A program made the translations under genes and the position numbers. Below are positions 9,558 through 18,767 of a DNA stretch of 64,000 nucleotides, piece by piece. Origin of the DNA: Clostridia bacterium (GTDB lineage: Bacteria > Bacillota > Clostridia > Oscillospirales > CAG-382); contig JAGAKP010000064.1 in NCBI GenBank assembly GCA_017625615.1, forward strand, positions 608-64,607. Direction: 5' to 3'. Position 1 is the first letter of the stretch. Each line of letters begins with the position of its first letter. Under the pieces are notes generated by a model, which did not search any database, was not told the origin of the DNA, and saw nothing but the letters and a program-made list of their open reading frames with translations.

Positions 9558-11414
9558 TTATCGTGAAATCAAGCTTATTATATCTTTTTTCAGGTGCGTT
9601 TTTATGCATTTAAGCAGTGAATAGACGTACAACAGCAGTAATACCGCGAACACTACCGCCACGTGCAGGACGTTAAACCATATAAATTCACCCAGATACA
9701 GGGACGCGGCGGCAGACAGTACCGCGTATATCACAAGAGAAACGCACACGGAAATACCAAGCCGTACCAGATATTCCCACAAGAGCATCTTTTTAAGCCT
9801 TTTTCTGCCTATTTTAAATATCTGCAAAAAGCCTATCTCTCTTGAACGGTAGTATAACTCCACACTTACCTTTGAGCGTATGAATATGCAGGCTATCATA
9901 AAGCATAAAACAAGAATAATATACAACGCCGCCACGACTATATTGAGGCTGAAGCGTATGCTATCCACCTCACGGGTTATTTTGTTAAGACTGAAGGTAG
10001 CCGCAGGATTCGAGTGATGCCGTCCGTCCTCCTTATTCAGCTTGATGTGTATATCCAAAAGCTGTTGACGCGCCTCGTCGTTCTGCATAAGGCCGTCAAG
10101 GGACGCCAGTATCGTTCCCGAATCGTTAAAAGAAAGCTTGCCGATTTCAGATATTACCGAATAATCGATGAATATCATCTCTCCTCGGTTGCGGAAGTAG
10201 TGAGCGTCGCTGTCGAATACGCTTTCCGAGCTTTTAAGAAAACCTATGGACGCATCGTCATCAAAAGAGTTCAGACAACCCGCCACGGTAAACTCTCTGC
10301 CGGCAAAGGTTATTTTTCTGCCCGCTATAATGTTTTCATCAAAAACCGCGCCGAATTTACTCTCGGCGTATTCGTAGGACACTATTACCTCGTCCTTGCT
10401 TTCGGGGAAATGACCGTATTTCAACATACCCGCCGTTGCCAGCACGCTGTCCTCTTTTTCGGCGTAGTATAATGCCTTTACTCCGTCCTCCTTCAGCGTA
10501 TAGGGGTAATACAGCGTAAGGGAGTTATACAGCTCATCGCCCATTAAGGCTATTTCTCTTTCGGTTGTATTAAAAACGTCCGGCGGGAAGATATGCTTGT
10601 AATATCCCGTGAGTATTTCTTCCGTTTGGTTTGTCAGCGTGGATACGAGCATTATAAGCACGGCAAGAAGCGCCGCGGGAACAAACTGCCATATTTTCCA
10701 CTGCCGTTTCCCTCTGGCGTATACTATTTTCACGGGGGCGCGGCTATTCTTTTTCTGTGCTTTTTCGTCGCATTTTTCGGGTACTACGGCTTTTCTCAGG
10801 TCAATACTTTCGGTTTTGCCTATCTTTCCGTAATCCAGATGAATGATCTCGTCTGCTATGGTATCGAAATAATGCTCGTGGGTGGCAACTATCACCGCAC
10901 AGCCTTCGCCGCACAATTCCGCAAGAAGCTGTGCCGTAAGGGCGGAATTCGTCCCGTCAAGGGATGCGGTGGGCTCGTCTGCCAGAATTATCTTTACTCC
11001 GGTTATAAGCGCTCTTGCCACGGCTATGCGCTGTCTTTCTCCGCCGGAAAGCTGGGACGGATATTTATCGTAAAGCTCACGTACACCCAGTCTTTCGGTT
11101 ATCTCGTCCGCTTTTTGTATATCGTCGTTTATCAGTAACAAATTATCCTTTACCGTGAGGTCGGATATAAGCAGGCTTTGCTGGAACACGTATCCCACCT
11201 TTTCGGTAAGTACGGTTTTGCCGTTTTCACCGTTAATAAATATCTCGCCCTCGTAATCGCTGTCAAGACCGCCCATAATATTAAGCAACGTGGTCTTTCC
11301 GCAGCCGCTTACTCCTTTTATAACGTACAATTTTCCGTATTCAAAGGTGTAGGTCACTCCGTCCAGCACGGTGCGGTCGTATTTTTTCGTAACATTTTTA
11401 ATTTCAAGTGCCAT
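9558..11414 (-). CDS. Fused ABC transporter: N-terminal ATPase plus C-terminal FtsX/MacB-type permease
   Basis: 618 aa. Walker A GVSGCGKTT, signature LSGGERQR, Walker B ILADEPT. This is followed by a TM, a large extracytoplasmic domain and 3 C-terminal TMs. GGAGG RBS. Confidence 0.8.
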   Translation of the reverse strand: MALEIKNVTKKYDRTVLDGVTYTFEYGKLYVIKGVSGCGKTTLLNIMGGLDSDYEGEIFINGENGKTVLTEKVGYVFQQSLLISDLTVKDNLLLINDDIQKADEITERLGVRELYDKYPSQLSGGERQRIAVARALITGVKIILADEPTASLDGTNSALTAQLLAELCGEGCAVIVATHEHYFDTIADEIIHLDYGKIGKTESIDLRKAVVPEKCDEKAQKKNSRAPVKIVYARGKRQWKIWQFVPAALLAVLIMLVSTLTNQTEEILTGYYKHIFPPDVFNTTEREIALMGDELYNSLTLYYPYTLKEDGVKALYYAEKEDSVLATAGMLKYGHFPESKDEVIVSYEYAESKFGAVFDENIIAGRKITFAGREFTVAGCLNSFDDDASIGFLKSSESVFDSDAHYFRNRGEMIFIDYSVISEIGKLSFNDSGTILASLDGLMQNDEARQQLLDIHIKLNKEDGRHHSNPAATFSLNKITREVDSIRFSLNIVVAALYIILVLCFMIACIFIRSKVSVELYYRSREIGFLQIFKIGRKRLKKMLLWEYLVRLGISVCVSLVIYAVLSAAASLYLGEFIWFNVLHVAVVFAVLLLLYVYSLLKCIKTHLKKDIISLISR

Positions 11415-11433
11415 TTACTGACCGCCTCCTTCT

Positions 11434-13341
11434 TTACAGCAGGTCCCGCGAGGTAATAATATTTTCGTACCACGTTCTTGCTTTTGCTCTGCGCAGGAAT
11501 ACGTTTATGGATACCGCCGCGCTTATGCACAGCACCGCAATGAATATAGATATCATCAACGGGCTGAACGTGAATATCTGGAATCCGACAAATACGTTGC
11601 GGTAATTTATGTAATTAACGATTTGGGCAATACCAAAGGAAATGCCTGCGGATATTAAGCATATAACCGCCAGCCGCGCCGAATTAAGCAAAGCAAACCC
11701 GCGCACAATATCCTTTATTCCGTATCCCGCATAGTTGAATGCGGATATAAACCCGCTGTTGTATGCCAACTCCGTACCTATAATGTTTGCATAAAACAAA
11801 ACGGATATAAGAAGTATCAGAAAAGCAAGGGGGAAGCTTATCACCGCCAGTATCTGTGAGCCTTCTTCAACGCCTACGGATAACGGCGGTTCGTATATTA
11901 TACCGTAGTCCTTGTCATATATCTCGGTGAATTCCCTAAGGCTTTCGTAGCTGTCGAAAAACAGATAATACTCCCGCTGACCGAAATAATAACATTTTTC
12001 ATCGTATATCAAATCGTCCGTTACCAGACTGTTTATGAAAAACAGATTCGTATAGTTTTCGGGCACATAGCTCGCTTTATCTGCTATATTTGTGTCTATA
12101 CTCCGCATATATTGCTTTTCAAAATCGTTAAGCCTGTCCATTACGCCGACGATACGCATATCCACCTGCCCCAAGCTATACATCTTAACGGGTATGGTGG
12201 TTCCGATAAGAGATTCCCAATTTCCCGGTGCAAGCCTTTCCGCCATTTCAGCGTAAAGAATAATATCGTATTTTTCTTCAAACCAGGTTCCTACCGCAAG
12301 TCTGTCTGACAGCCTGAACGTTTCTTTGTCAAAAGGCAGCAGGTAAAGTATGTTCTCGTATGTTTTATTAAACTCTTCATCTGCATAAGGTGCGTACGGT
12401 ACGCTGCCGTTGTAATCCATCATTATATCTATTATTCCGTGCTGTCCCACAAGGGAAGTGAAGTATTCCGCATCCTTTGATTTTGTAAAAAATCGCAAAG
12501 CGTTTATTTTATATACGTGTTCTATGTTGGCGTTCAGCTTTCCTTGTGGCGTATCCGCCATCATACACATAAGCATGGCAAGGGTAAGAAACACAGTAAG
12601 CAGAATATCCGTCTTTTTTCCTCTGCGCTGGGAGGAAAACCAACCGGAAAGATATTTTAAAAGGTTCTTTTTCTTTTCGCCGCTTTTTATGGGGTAGGCG
12701 GGTACGGAATCGGTCTTTTCCTTCTTTTCCGCTTTGCGGGTGTGTTTTTCAAAGGTAATAATATTGTCCGCATATTTTTCCGCGGCGGTATCGTGGGATG
12801 CGCATATAACCAACGCGGTCTTGCTCAGTTCCTTTATACATTCAAAAACCTTTTCCTTGTTTTCGCCGTCCAGCGCGGCGGTGGGCTCGTCCAGAAACAT
12901 AACGCTTTTTTTGGTAAGCAACGCCCGCGCCAGCGAAAGACGCTGTCTTTCCCCGCCGGATATTACCGTGGGCAAAAGGTCTTTTTGCGCCGTAAGTCCG
13001 AATTTTTCCAGCACTTGGTTTATTTTGTCTTCGTCGTCCAGCGCTACCTTAAGGTTATCCTTTACGGTAAGGTAATCTATAAAATACGGATCCTGGGTAA
13101 TATAATCCATACCGCCCCCGAAGGTGTTGGGGTCAACACGGCTTATAAAATCCGTTTTTCCCACCGTTATCACACCGCTGTCAAAGGGTATCATACCCGA
13201 AAGCAGATTTATAAGGGTGGTCTTTCCGCTGCCGCTTTCGCCTAACAGCAGATAAAAGCCGCTTTCATCAAAGGTGTAATTAAAATTCTCAAGCACCGTA
13301 ATATCGCCGTATGTTTTTGTTAAATCAACGCATTTTATCAT
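11434..13341 (-). CDS. Fused ABC transporter (ATPase plus FtsX-type permease), paralog of 9558..11414
   Basis: Walker A GESGSGKTT, LSGGERQRLS and MFLDEPT, with the same TM layout as the paralog. I chose the ATG at 13341 (MIKCVDLTKTYG aligns with the paralog's MALEIKNVTKKYD). The ORF track extends to an alternative start at 13353. Confidence 0.75.
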   Translation of the reverse strand: MIKCVDLTKTYGDITVLENFNYTFDESGFYLLLGESGSGKTTLINLLSGMIPFDSGVITVGKTDFISRVDPNTFGGGMDYITQDPYFIDYLTVKDNLKVALDDEDKINQVLEKFGLTAQKDLLPTVISGGERQRLSLARALLTKKSVMFLDEPTAALDGENKEKVFECIKELSKTALVICASHDTAAEKYADNIITFEKHTRKAEKKEKTDSVPAYPIKSGEKKKNLLKYLSGWFSSQRRGKKTDILLTVFLTLAMLMCMMADTPQGKLNANIEHVYKINALRFFTKSKDAEYFTSLVGQHGIIDIMMDYNGSVPYAPYADEEFNKTYENILYLLPFDKETFRLSDRLAVGTWFEEKYDIILYAEMAERLAPGNWESLIGTTIPVKMYSLGQVDMRIVGVMDRLNDFEKQYMRSIDTNIADKASYVPENYTNLFFINSLVTDDLIYDEKCYYFGQREYYLFFDSYESLREFTEIYDKDYGIIYEPPLSVGVEEGSQILAVISFPLAFLILLISVLFYANIIGTELAYNSGFISAFNYAGYGIKDIVRGFALLNSARLAVICLISAGISFGIAQIVNYINYRNVFVGFQIFTFSPLMISIFIAVLCISAAVSINVFLRRAKARTWYENIITSRDLL

Positions 13342-13352
13342 ATCAATACACA

Positions 13353-13385
13353 AAGCCGCGTGCCGCTTTTTGCGGTACGCGGCTT
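13353..13385 (-). terminator. Hairpin between the 13416..14174 gene and the ABC genes; possible terminator or attenuator
   Basis: AAGCCGCGTGCCGC-TTTTT-GCGGTACGCGGCTT is an imperfect 13-14 bp stem. The T-run on the minus strand is weak. Confidence 0.35.
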
Positions 13386-13415
13386 CCCTTTCTTTAAAAA
13401 ATATGTGCTCGGCGT

Positions 13416-14174
13416 TTATTCAATTATATCGCTTATATCCTCGTCGCCGCTGGTATCGCCGTAGATATAGTCGGTATCGTACAGCGGGCTGAACTCGATA
13501 TGGTCAATGCCCACGGGCAGTGAATGGGATGCGGACAGCACCGTTTCCGCGTCCTGTCTGTAAAGGGTGCAGACGCGGTTGTCTCCGTAGGTTATTTTAA
13601 GTCCGTTAATATACTCCAGCAATTCCACGGGAATGAGATAATCGCTTTCCTCAAACAGCACGGGGGAGGAAAGTCTGCAGGGCGCGTCGTTTACCCATAT
13701 AGAGGAGGAATTGGAAAAGCATTTGATATAATCTCCCGTGTCGGGCAGGATGATAGCAACGCTGTCACCGTCCCCCGCGATGGACATGGGGCAAAGCTTT
13801 GTAAGTGTGGAGAAGGGAACGTACAGACCGTAGGAATTGTTGGCTTGAGCGGCGGACACCGTAAATATCTTGGTTTCGCCCATATAACCCTCTACGGAAT
13901 ACACCTTGTCACTTTCCGCAACGGAATTGAATGAAAGTATACCGTAGGCGGCAATAATCCCGATAACGCCCAGATACACTGCCATCATTACCGCAAAAAC
14001 CGCAAGCGCCTTTTCCCGTCTTGCGCGCTTTTGCTGTATGGCTTTTACTCTGCGTGCGTCGCGGGCGGTCTTTTCTTCCTCGGTAAGCCATCTTTTCTTA
14101 ACGGGCTCCGCGGAAGCGGGTTTCTTTTTGGTGAACACCTTTATCTTTTTGGGCTTGTTTACCTTTTCTGCCAC
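13416..14174 (-). CDS. Membrane-anchored protein, function unknown (Lys/Arg-rich N-terminus, one TM, extracytoplasmic domain, acidic tail)
   Basis: 252 aa. GTG start with an AAGGAGG RBS 8 nt upstream. TM segment LAVFAVMMAVYLGVIGIIAAYGIL. Confidence 0.5.
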   Translation of the reverse strand: MAEKVNKPKKIKVFTKKKPASAEPVKKRWLTEEEKTARDARRVKAIQQKRARREKALAVFAVMMAVYLGVIGIIAAYGILSFNSVAESDKVYSVEGYMGETKIFTVSAAQANNSYGLYVPFSTLTKLCPMSIAGDGDSVAIILPDTGDYIKCFSNSSSIWVNDAPCRLSSPVLFEESDYLIPVELLEYINGLKITYGDNRVCTLYRQDAETVLSASHSLPVGIDHIEFSPLYDTDYIYGDTSGDEDISDIIE

Positions 14175-14284
14175 GGATATACCTCCTTTCGTAAGGCTAT
14201 TATATCACAATAAGTCGGCTTTTGGAAGTGGTTTTAACAAGAATTAATAAAAACACATAAAATGGCTTTGGGGAGGGAAGGTAT

Positions 14285-16381
14285 ATGCAAAGCAGATTTT
14301 CAGAAAACGCCCAAAGGGTTATCGAGCTTGCCGTAAAAACGGCTTCGGAAATGGGACACATATACGTAGGCACCGAGCATTTGCTGTACGCCTTGGCGGT
14401 ATACGAAAAGGATACGGTGTTCCTCACCGCAGGGCAGGTCATGGAGGGTATCGACCGTATCACCGAGCGGGGAGAAAAGACCTTTCTTTCCGCCGAGGAT
14501 ATGACACCCGCCCTTAAAAAGGTGCTATCCCGCGCTTCGGAGCGGGCAAGCGGGGGCAGGGACGTGGAAAACACCGATATATTTATTTCGCTTCTGCTTT
14601 CGGATTGCGTTGCCACGCGGCTGCTTGAGGATATGGATATAGACACGGAGGATCTTAAACGGGCTTTGGAAAGGAAAAGACGTACTGATATGAGCGCAAA
14701 AAAGGATATACGCATATCCACACCCACTCTCGACCGTTATTCGGTGTCCCTTACTGACAAGGCGGCACGGGGCGAGATAGATCCCGTGGTGGGCAGGGAA
14801 AGGGAGGAGGAGCGCATAATACGCATACTTCTCCGCCGCCGCAAAAACAATCCCCTCCTCATCGGCGAGGCGGGTGTGGGCAAGACTGCCGTGGCGGAAT
14901 CCATCGCCTTGCGTATTTCAAAAGGTGAGCTTCCCGAGGAGATGCTTTCCCGACGGATACTGTCCCTTGATATGGCGTCCTTGGTGGCGGGCACCAAATA
15001 CCGCGGCGAATTTGAGGAAAAGCTCCGCGCCGTTATACGGGAAGCCACCGAGGATAAGGACGCCATACTTTTTATAGACGAGATCCACACCCTTGTGGGC
15101 GCAGGCGCGGCGGAGGGGGCGGTAGACGCTTCAAACATCCTCAAGCCCGCCCTTGCCCGAGGAGAGATACAGCTTATCGGCGCGACCACGCCCAAGGAGT
15201 TTAAAAAGAGCATTGAAAAAGATTCCGCACTTTCCCGCCGTTTTCAGCAGGTGTACGTGAACGAGCCTACGGTGGAGGAATGTAAAAGAGTGCTGTACGC
15301 CTTGAAGGGCAGGTACGAAAAGCATCACGGAGTGGTCATCACCCACGAGGCGGTAACCGCGGCGGCGGAATATTCACACCGTTATATTTCGGGCAGATAT
15401 CTTCCCGATAAAGCTATCGACCTTATGGACGAAGCCGCCTCCGCCAAGCGTATGAGCGGCGGAAAGTCGGTTACCGACAGAGATATCGCCCTTCTCACAG
15501 AGGAGGTTTCGGGCGTGCCCGTAGATTTTATAACCGGCGGCGAATCGGGAACGGAGCATATCGAAAAGGTCCTGAGAGAGCGGATAATCGGTCAGGAAAA
15601 GGCGGTCGCTGCCATCGTTTCCGCCGTTCGCCGACGGGCGTCCCGCATATCCGATCCCTCCCGTCCCGCAGGGAGTATGCTCTTTTACGGCCCCCACGGC
15701 GTAGGCAAGACCGAATGTGCAAGAGCTCTGGCTTTTGCCCTCGGAGGAAGCGACAAATGCTTTATTTCCATAGATATGTCTCAATACACCGAGCAGCATT
15801 CGGTGTCCCGTCTTATCGGCGCACCTCCCGGCTATACGGGAAGCGGAGAGGGCGGATTGCTTACCGAGGCAGTCCGGCGCACACCCTTTTGCGTGGTGCT
15901 CTTTGACGGAGTGGAAAAGGCACACCCCGACGTAAAAAATCTGCTTCTTCAGATACTCGATCGCGGCACTCTTACCGATTCCGACGGGCTCACCGTCTCC
16001 TTTTCGGACGCTACCGTCATTCTCACCGCATCCCTTGACGGATGCTCTGCCACGGCGGGCTTTTCCGCAAATGGGGACAGAGACGGAATATCGGGCTTGC
16101 TGAGCGCAGAGCTTACCGACCGTATCGAGGACACCGTAAGGTTCGAGCCCCTTGACACCTCTTCTCTCGAGCGTATATGCGCCCAAAGGGTGCGTATCCT
16201 TTCGGACACGGCAAAAAGCCGTGGGATAGATATATCCCTTCCCGAGGACGCCATCGCCGCGGCGGTGGACCGCTGCGGAGGAAGCGCGAGAGCTCTGTGC
16301 CGTGCCGTTACGCGGCTCACTCAGGATGCGGTTTGGGAAAAACAGCACGAAAAAGTAAGAGAATATCAAAAAAGTACTTGA
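14285..16381 (+). CDS. Clp/Hsp100 double-AAA+ ATPase (ClpC/ClpA-like), short form
   Basis: 698 aa. Clp_N-like start AQRVIELAVKTASEMGHIYVGTEHLL. D1 has GEAGVGKTA and ILFIDEIH. D2 has GPHGVGKTE, but its Walker B reads VVLFDGVEKAHPDV. Confidence 0.8.
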   Translation: MQSRFSENAQRVIELAVKTASEMGHIYVGTEHLLYALAVYEKDTVFLTAGQVMEGIDRITERGEKTFLSAEDMTPALKKVLSRASERASGGRDVENTDIFISLLLSDCVATRLLEDMDIDTEDLKRALERKRRTDMSAKKDIRISTPTLDRYSVSLTDKAARGEIDPVVGREREEERIIRILLRRRKNNPLLIGEAGVGKTAVAESIALRISKGELPEEMLSRRILSLDMASLVAGTKYRGEFEEKLRAVIREATEDKDAILFIDEIHTLVGAGAAEGAVDASNILKPALARGEIQLIGATTPKEFKKSIEKDSALSRRFQQVYVNEPTVEECKRVLYALKGRYEKHHGVVITHEAVTAAAEYSHRYISGRYLPDKAIDLMDEAASAKRMSGGKSVTDRDIALLTEEVSGVPVDFITGGESGTEHIEKVLRERIIGQEKAVAAIVSAVRRRASRISDPSRPAGSMLFYGPHGVGKTECARALAFALGGSDKCFISIDMSQYTEQHSVSRLIGAPPGYTGSGEGGLLTEAVRRTPFCVVLFDGVEKAHPDVKNLLLQILDRGTLTDSDGLTVSFSDATVILTASLDGCSATAGFSANGDRDGISGLLSAELTDRIEDTVRFEPLDTSSLERICAQRVRILSDTAKSRGIDISLPEDAIAAAVDRCGGSARALCRAVTRLTQDAVWEKQHEKVREYQKST

Positions 16382-16405
16382 CTTTTCCCGATTATATGCT
16401 ATAAT
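16378..16405 (+). promoter_or_regulatory. Candidate sigma-A promoter for ylxM-ffh
   Basis: TTGACT, 16-nt spacer, TATAAT, with TGC immediately upstream of the -10 (extended -10). The -35 overlaps the clp stop codon. Confidence 0.5.
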
Positions 16406-16409
16406 AAGT

Positions 16410-16447
16410 GCCTGTAAAGAAAAAAACTTTACAGGCGTTTATTTTAT
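16410..16447 (+). terminator. Intrinsic terminator after the clp-like gene
   Basis: GCCTGTAAAG-AAAAAAA-CTTTACAGGC followed by GTTTATTTTAT. Confidence 0.7.
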
Positions 16448-16470
16448 AACACAAAAGGGCGGGATATGGT

Positions 16471-16782
16471 ATGACCGACAGAGAGCGTATATTGGTGCTG
16501 TTCGATTGCTATTCCCGCGTGCTTTCCTCACGTCAGAGAGACGCTTTGGATCTTTATTATAACGAGGATCTGTCTCTTGCGGAGATCGCGGAGCAAACGG
16601 GTATAACCCGTCAGGCGGTGCGTGATCTTATCAAGCACGGCGAGGAAAGGCTTTACGAGCTTGAAGAAGGTCTTCACGTATATGAAAGAGGGCAAAGGGT
16701 AAAAGCCGCGGCGGAAAAAATAATTTCCATCACCCGTTCCGACGAGGTACGCGCTGTTGCCGAAAGCCTGCTGGGAGAATAA
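16471..16782 (+). CDS. ylxM: YlxM/UPF0122 helix-turn-helix protein (SRP operon)
   Basis: 103 aa. LSSRQRDALDLYYNEDLSLAEIAEQTGITRQAVRDLIK matches the YlxM pattern. It is immediately upstream of ffh. Confidence 0.85.
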   Translation: MTDRERILVLFDCYSRVLSSRQRDALDLYYNEDLSLAEIAEQTGITRQAVRDLIKHGEERLYELEEGLHVYERGQRVKAAAEKIISITRSDEVRAVAESLLGE

Positions 16783-16783
16783 A

Positions 16784-18121
16784 ATGTTTCAAAGTCTTGT
16801 AGATAAAATGTCAAACGCTTTAAAGAAGTTCCGCAACAAGGGCAGACTTACCGAAGCCGACGTTAAGGCGGGCATGCGTGAAATAAAGCTCGCTTTGCTT
16901 GAGGCGGACGTAAACTTTAAAGTCGTTAAGGATTTCGTTGCAAAGGTATCCGAGCGTGCCGTGGGCGCAGACGTTATGCAAAGCCTCGTCCCCGCACAGC
17001 AGATAGTAAAAATAGTCAACGAGGAGCTTATCGCTCTTATGGGCGGAAGCAACTCAAAGCTTACCATATCCTCCGCACCTCCCACGGTAGTGCTTATGTG
17101 CGGTCTTCAGGGAAGCGGTAAGACCACCCACTGCGCCAAGCTTGCGCGTATGTACAAAAAGCAGGGCAAAAATCCCTTGCTTGTAGCCTGCGATATCTAC
17201 CGTCCCGCCGCTATAGACCAGTTGAAGATAGTAGGCGAGCAAGCAGGCGTTCAGGTATTTGAGCGCGGCACGCAGGACCCCGTAAAGACTGCAAAAGAGG
17301 CTATGGTACACGCCCGTAAATACGGTCACGATATGGTTTTCGTGGATACGGCGGGCAGACTTCATATAGATGAAGTTCTTATGGCGGAATTAAAGCGTAT
17401 CCGCGACGAGGTCAATCCCACCGAAACGCTCCTCGTAGTCGATGCTATGACCGGTCAGGACGCGGTAAACGTAGCCGAAAGCTTTAATAACCTGCTGGAT
17501 ATAACCGGCGTTATACTCACCAAGCTGGACGGCGACACCCGCGGCGGTGCGGCACTTTCCGTAAGATACGTTACGGGCAAGCCAATAAAGTTTATCGGTG
17601 TAGGAGAAAAGATCGATAATATTGAGCCCTTCCACCCCGACAGAATGGCGTCCCGTATCCTCGGTATGGGCGACGTGCTTTCCCTTATCGAAAAAGCAGA
17701 GCAGCAGTTTGACGAAAAGAAGGCGGCGGAGCTTGAAAAGAAGTTCCTCGAATCCTCCTTCACGTTGGACGATTACCTTGATCAGTTCAGACAGATCAAA
17801 AATATGGGCAGTATGGAGCAGCTCCTTGGTATGATGCCGGGAGTAAAGCCCTCACAGCTCAAGGATGCGAAAATTGACGAAAAGCAGATGGCGCACATGG
17901 AGGCGATAATCCTTTCCATGACACCCAAGGAGCGCGCCAAGCCGGATATAATAAACTCCTCACGCAAAAAGCGTATAGCCGCGGGAAGCGGCAGAACGGT
18001 TGAGGAGGTCAACCGCCTGCTCAAGCAGTACGAGCAGGTAAACAAGCTGATGAAGCAGATGGCAAAGCAGCAGACCGGCAAGGGAAGCAAAAAGATGCGC
18101 TTCGGCAACTTCGGATTTTAA
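16784..18121 (+). CDS. ffh: Signal recognition particle protein Ffh
   Basis: MFQSLVDKMSNALKKF start. GLQGSGKTT, DTAGR and TKLDGD GTPase motifs. Met-rich M domain. The ORF track's 16757 start overlaps ylxM and was rejected. Confidence 0.95.
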   Translation: MFQSLVDKMSNALKKFRNKGRLTEADVKAGMREIKLALLEADVNFKVVKDFVAKVSERAVGADVMQSLVPAQQIVKIVNEELIALMGGSNSKLTISSAPPTVVLMCGLQGSGKTTHCAKLARMYKKQGKNPLLVACDIYRPAAIDQLKIVGEQAGVQVFERGTQDPVKTAKEAMVHARKYGHDMVFVDTAGRLHIDEVLMAELKRIRDEVNPTETLLVVDAMTGQDAVNVAESFNNLLDITGVILTKLDGDTRGGAALSVRYVTGKPIKFIGVGEKIDNIEPFHPDRMASRILGMGDVLSLIEKAEQQFDEKKAAELEKKFLESSFTLDDYLDQFRQIKNMGSMEQLLGMMPGVKPSQLKDAKIDEKQMAHMEAIILSMTPKERAKPDIINSSRKKRIAAGSGRTVEEVNRLLKQYEQVNKLMKQMAKQQTGKGSKKMRFGNFGF

Positions 18122-18220
18122 TAAACCCGTAGGGGCGATTCACGAATCGCCCGCATACTTAATGTTAAATAAAAAATAAAATTAAAATAAAAAAACAAAC
18201 CTTTATGGAGGAAAAACATC

Positions 18221-18463
18221 ATGGCAGTAAAAATCAGACTCAGAAGAATGGGCGCAAAGAAGGCCCCCTTTTACAGAGTAGTAGTAGCAGATTCCCGCTA
18301 CCCCAGAAACGGTAGATTTATCGAAGAGATCGGTTACTACGATCCTATGAAGGAGCCTGCAGAGATCAAGATCGACGGCGACAAGGCTAAGGATTGGATC
18401 TCCAAGGGCGCACAGCCTACCGATACCGTAAGAGCCCTTCTCAAGAAAACCGGCGTACAGTAA
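18221..18463 (+). CDS. rpsP: 30S ribosomal protein S16
   Basis: [26 protein letters not shown]. Confidence 0.95.
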   Translation: MAVKIRLRRMGAKKAPFYRVVVADSRYPRNGRFIEEIGYYDPMKEPAEIKIDGDKAKDWISKGAQPTDTVRALLKKTGVQ

Positions 18464-18536
18464 GAAATTAATATTCGCGGGGACGGTACACCCGTCCCCC
18501 GAACAAATGCCGATTTTTTGAAAGGACGGTTTACAG

Positions 18537-18767
18537 ATGAAGCAGATACTTGTTGATATCGCTTCCGCTATCGTGGAAAAGCCCGAAGAGGTTGCGGTAT
18601 CCGAAAAAGTCAGCGGCGATACGGTCATACTGGAACTTTCCGTTGCCAAGTCCGATATGGGCAAGGTAATAGGCCGCGGCGGCAGGATCGCAAAGTGCAT
18701 ACGCGTTGTTATGCGTGCGGCTGCAGCCAAGGAAAACAAGCGCGTTATCGTAGATATTGTTGACTGA
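18537..18767 (+). CDS. KH-domain RNA-binding protein (YlqC family)
   Basis: 76 aa. GKVIGRGGRIAKCIR (GxxG KH motif). Conserved position between rpsP and rimM. Confidence 0.85.
   Translation: MKQILVDIASAIVEKPEEVAVSEKVSGDTVILELSVAKSDMGKVIGRGGRIAKCIRVVMRAAAAKENKRVIVDIVD

Noticed and set aside
16757-18121. The longest-ORF starts given by the track for ffh (16757), the lipoprotein (31050), sanA (38178), ligA (39930), pflB (48371), cobB (48817), murI (50648), rnhA (53780), hppA (60854) and comFC (63915).
   Set aside because: In each case an internal ATG with a proper Shine-Dalgarno sequence gives a family-typical N-terminus. The extensions overlap upstream genes, promoters or the ZTP riboswitch.
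18133-18152. The hairpin GGGCGATTCACGAATCGCCC after ffh as a terminator or repeat family member.
   Set aside because: It is a perfect short palindrome but has no following T-run. It occurs only once in the window and is unrelated in sequence to the REP family. That is not enough to call it.
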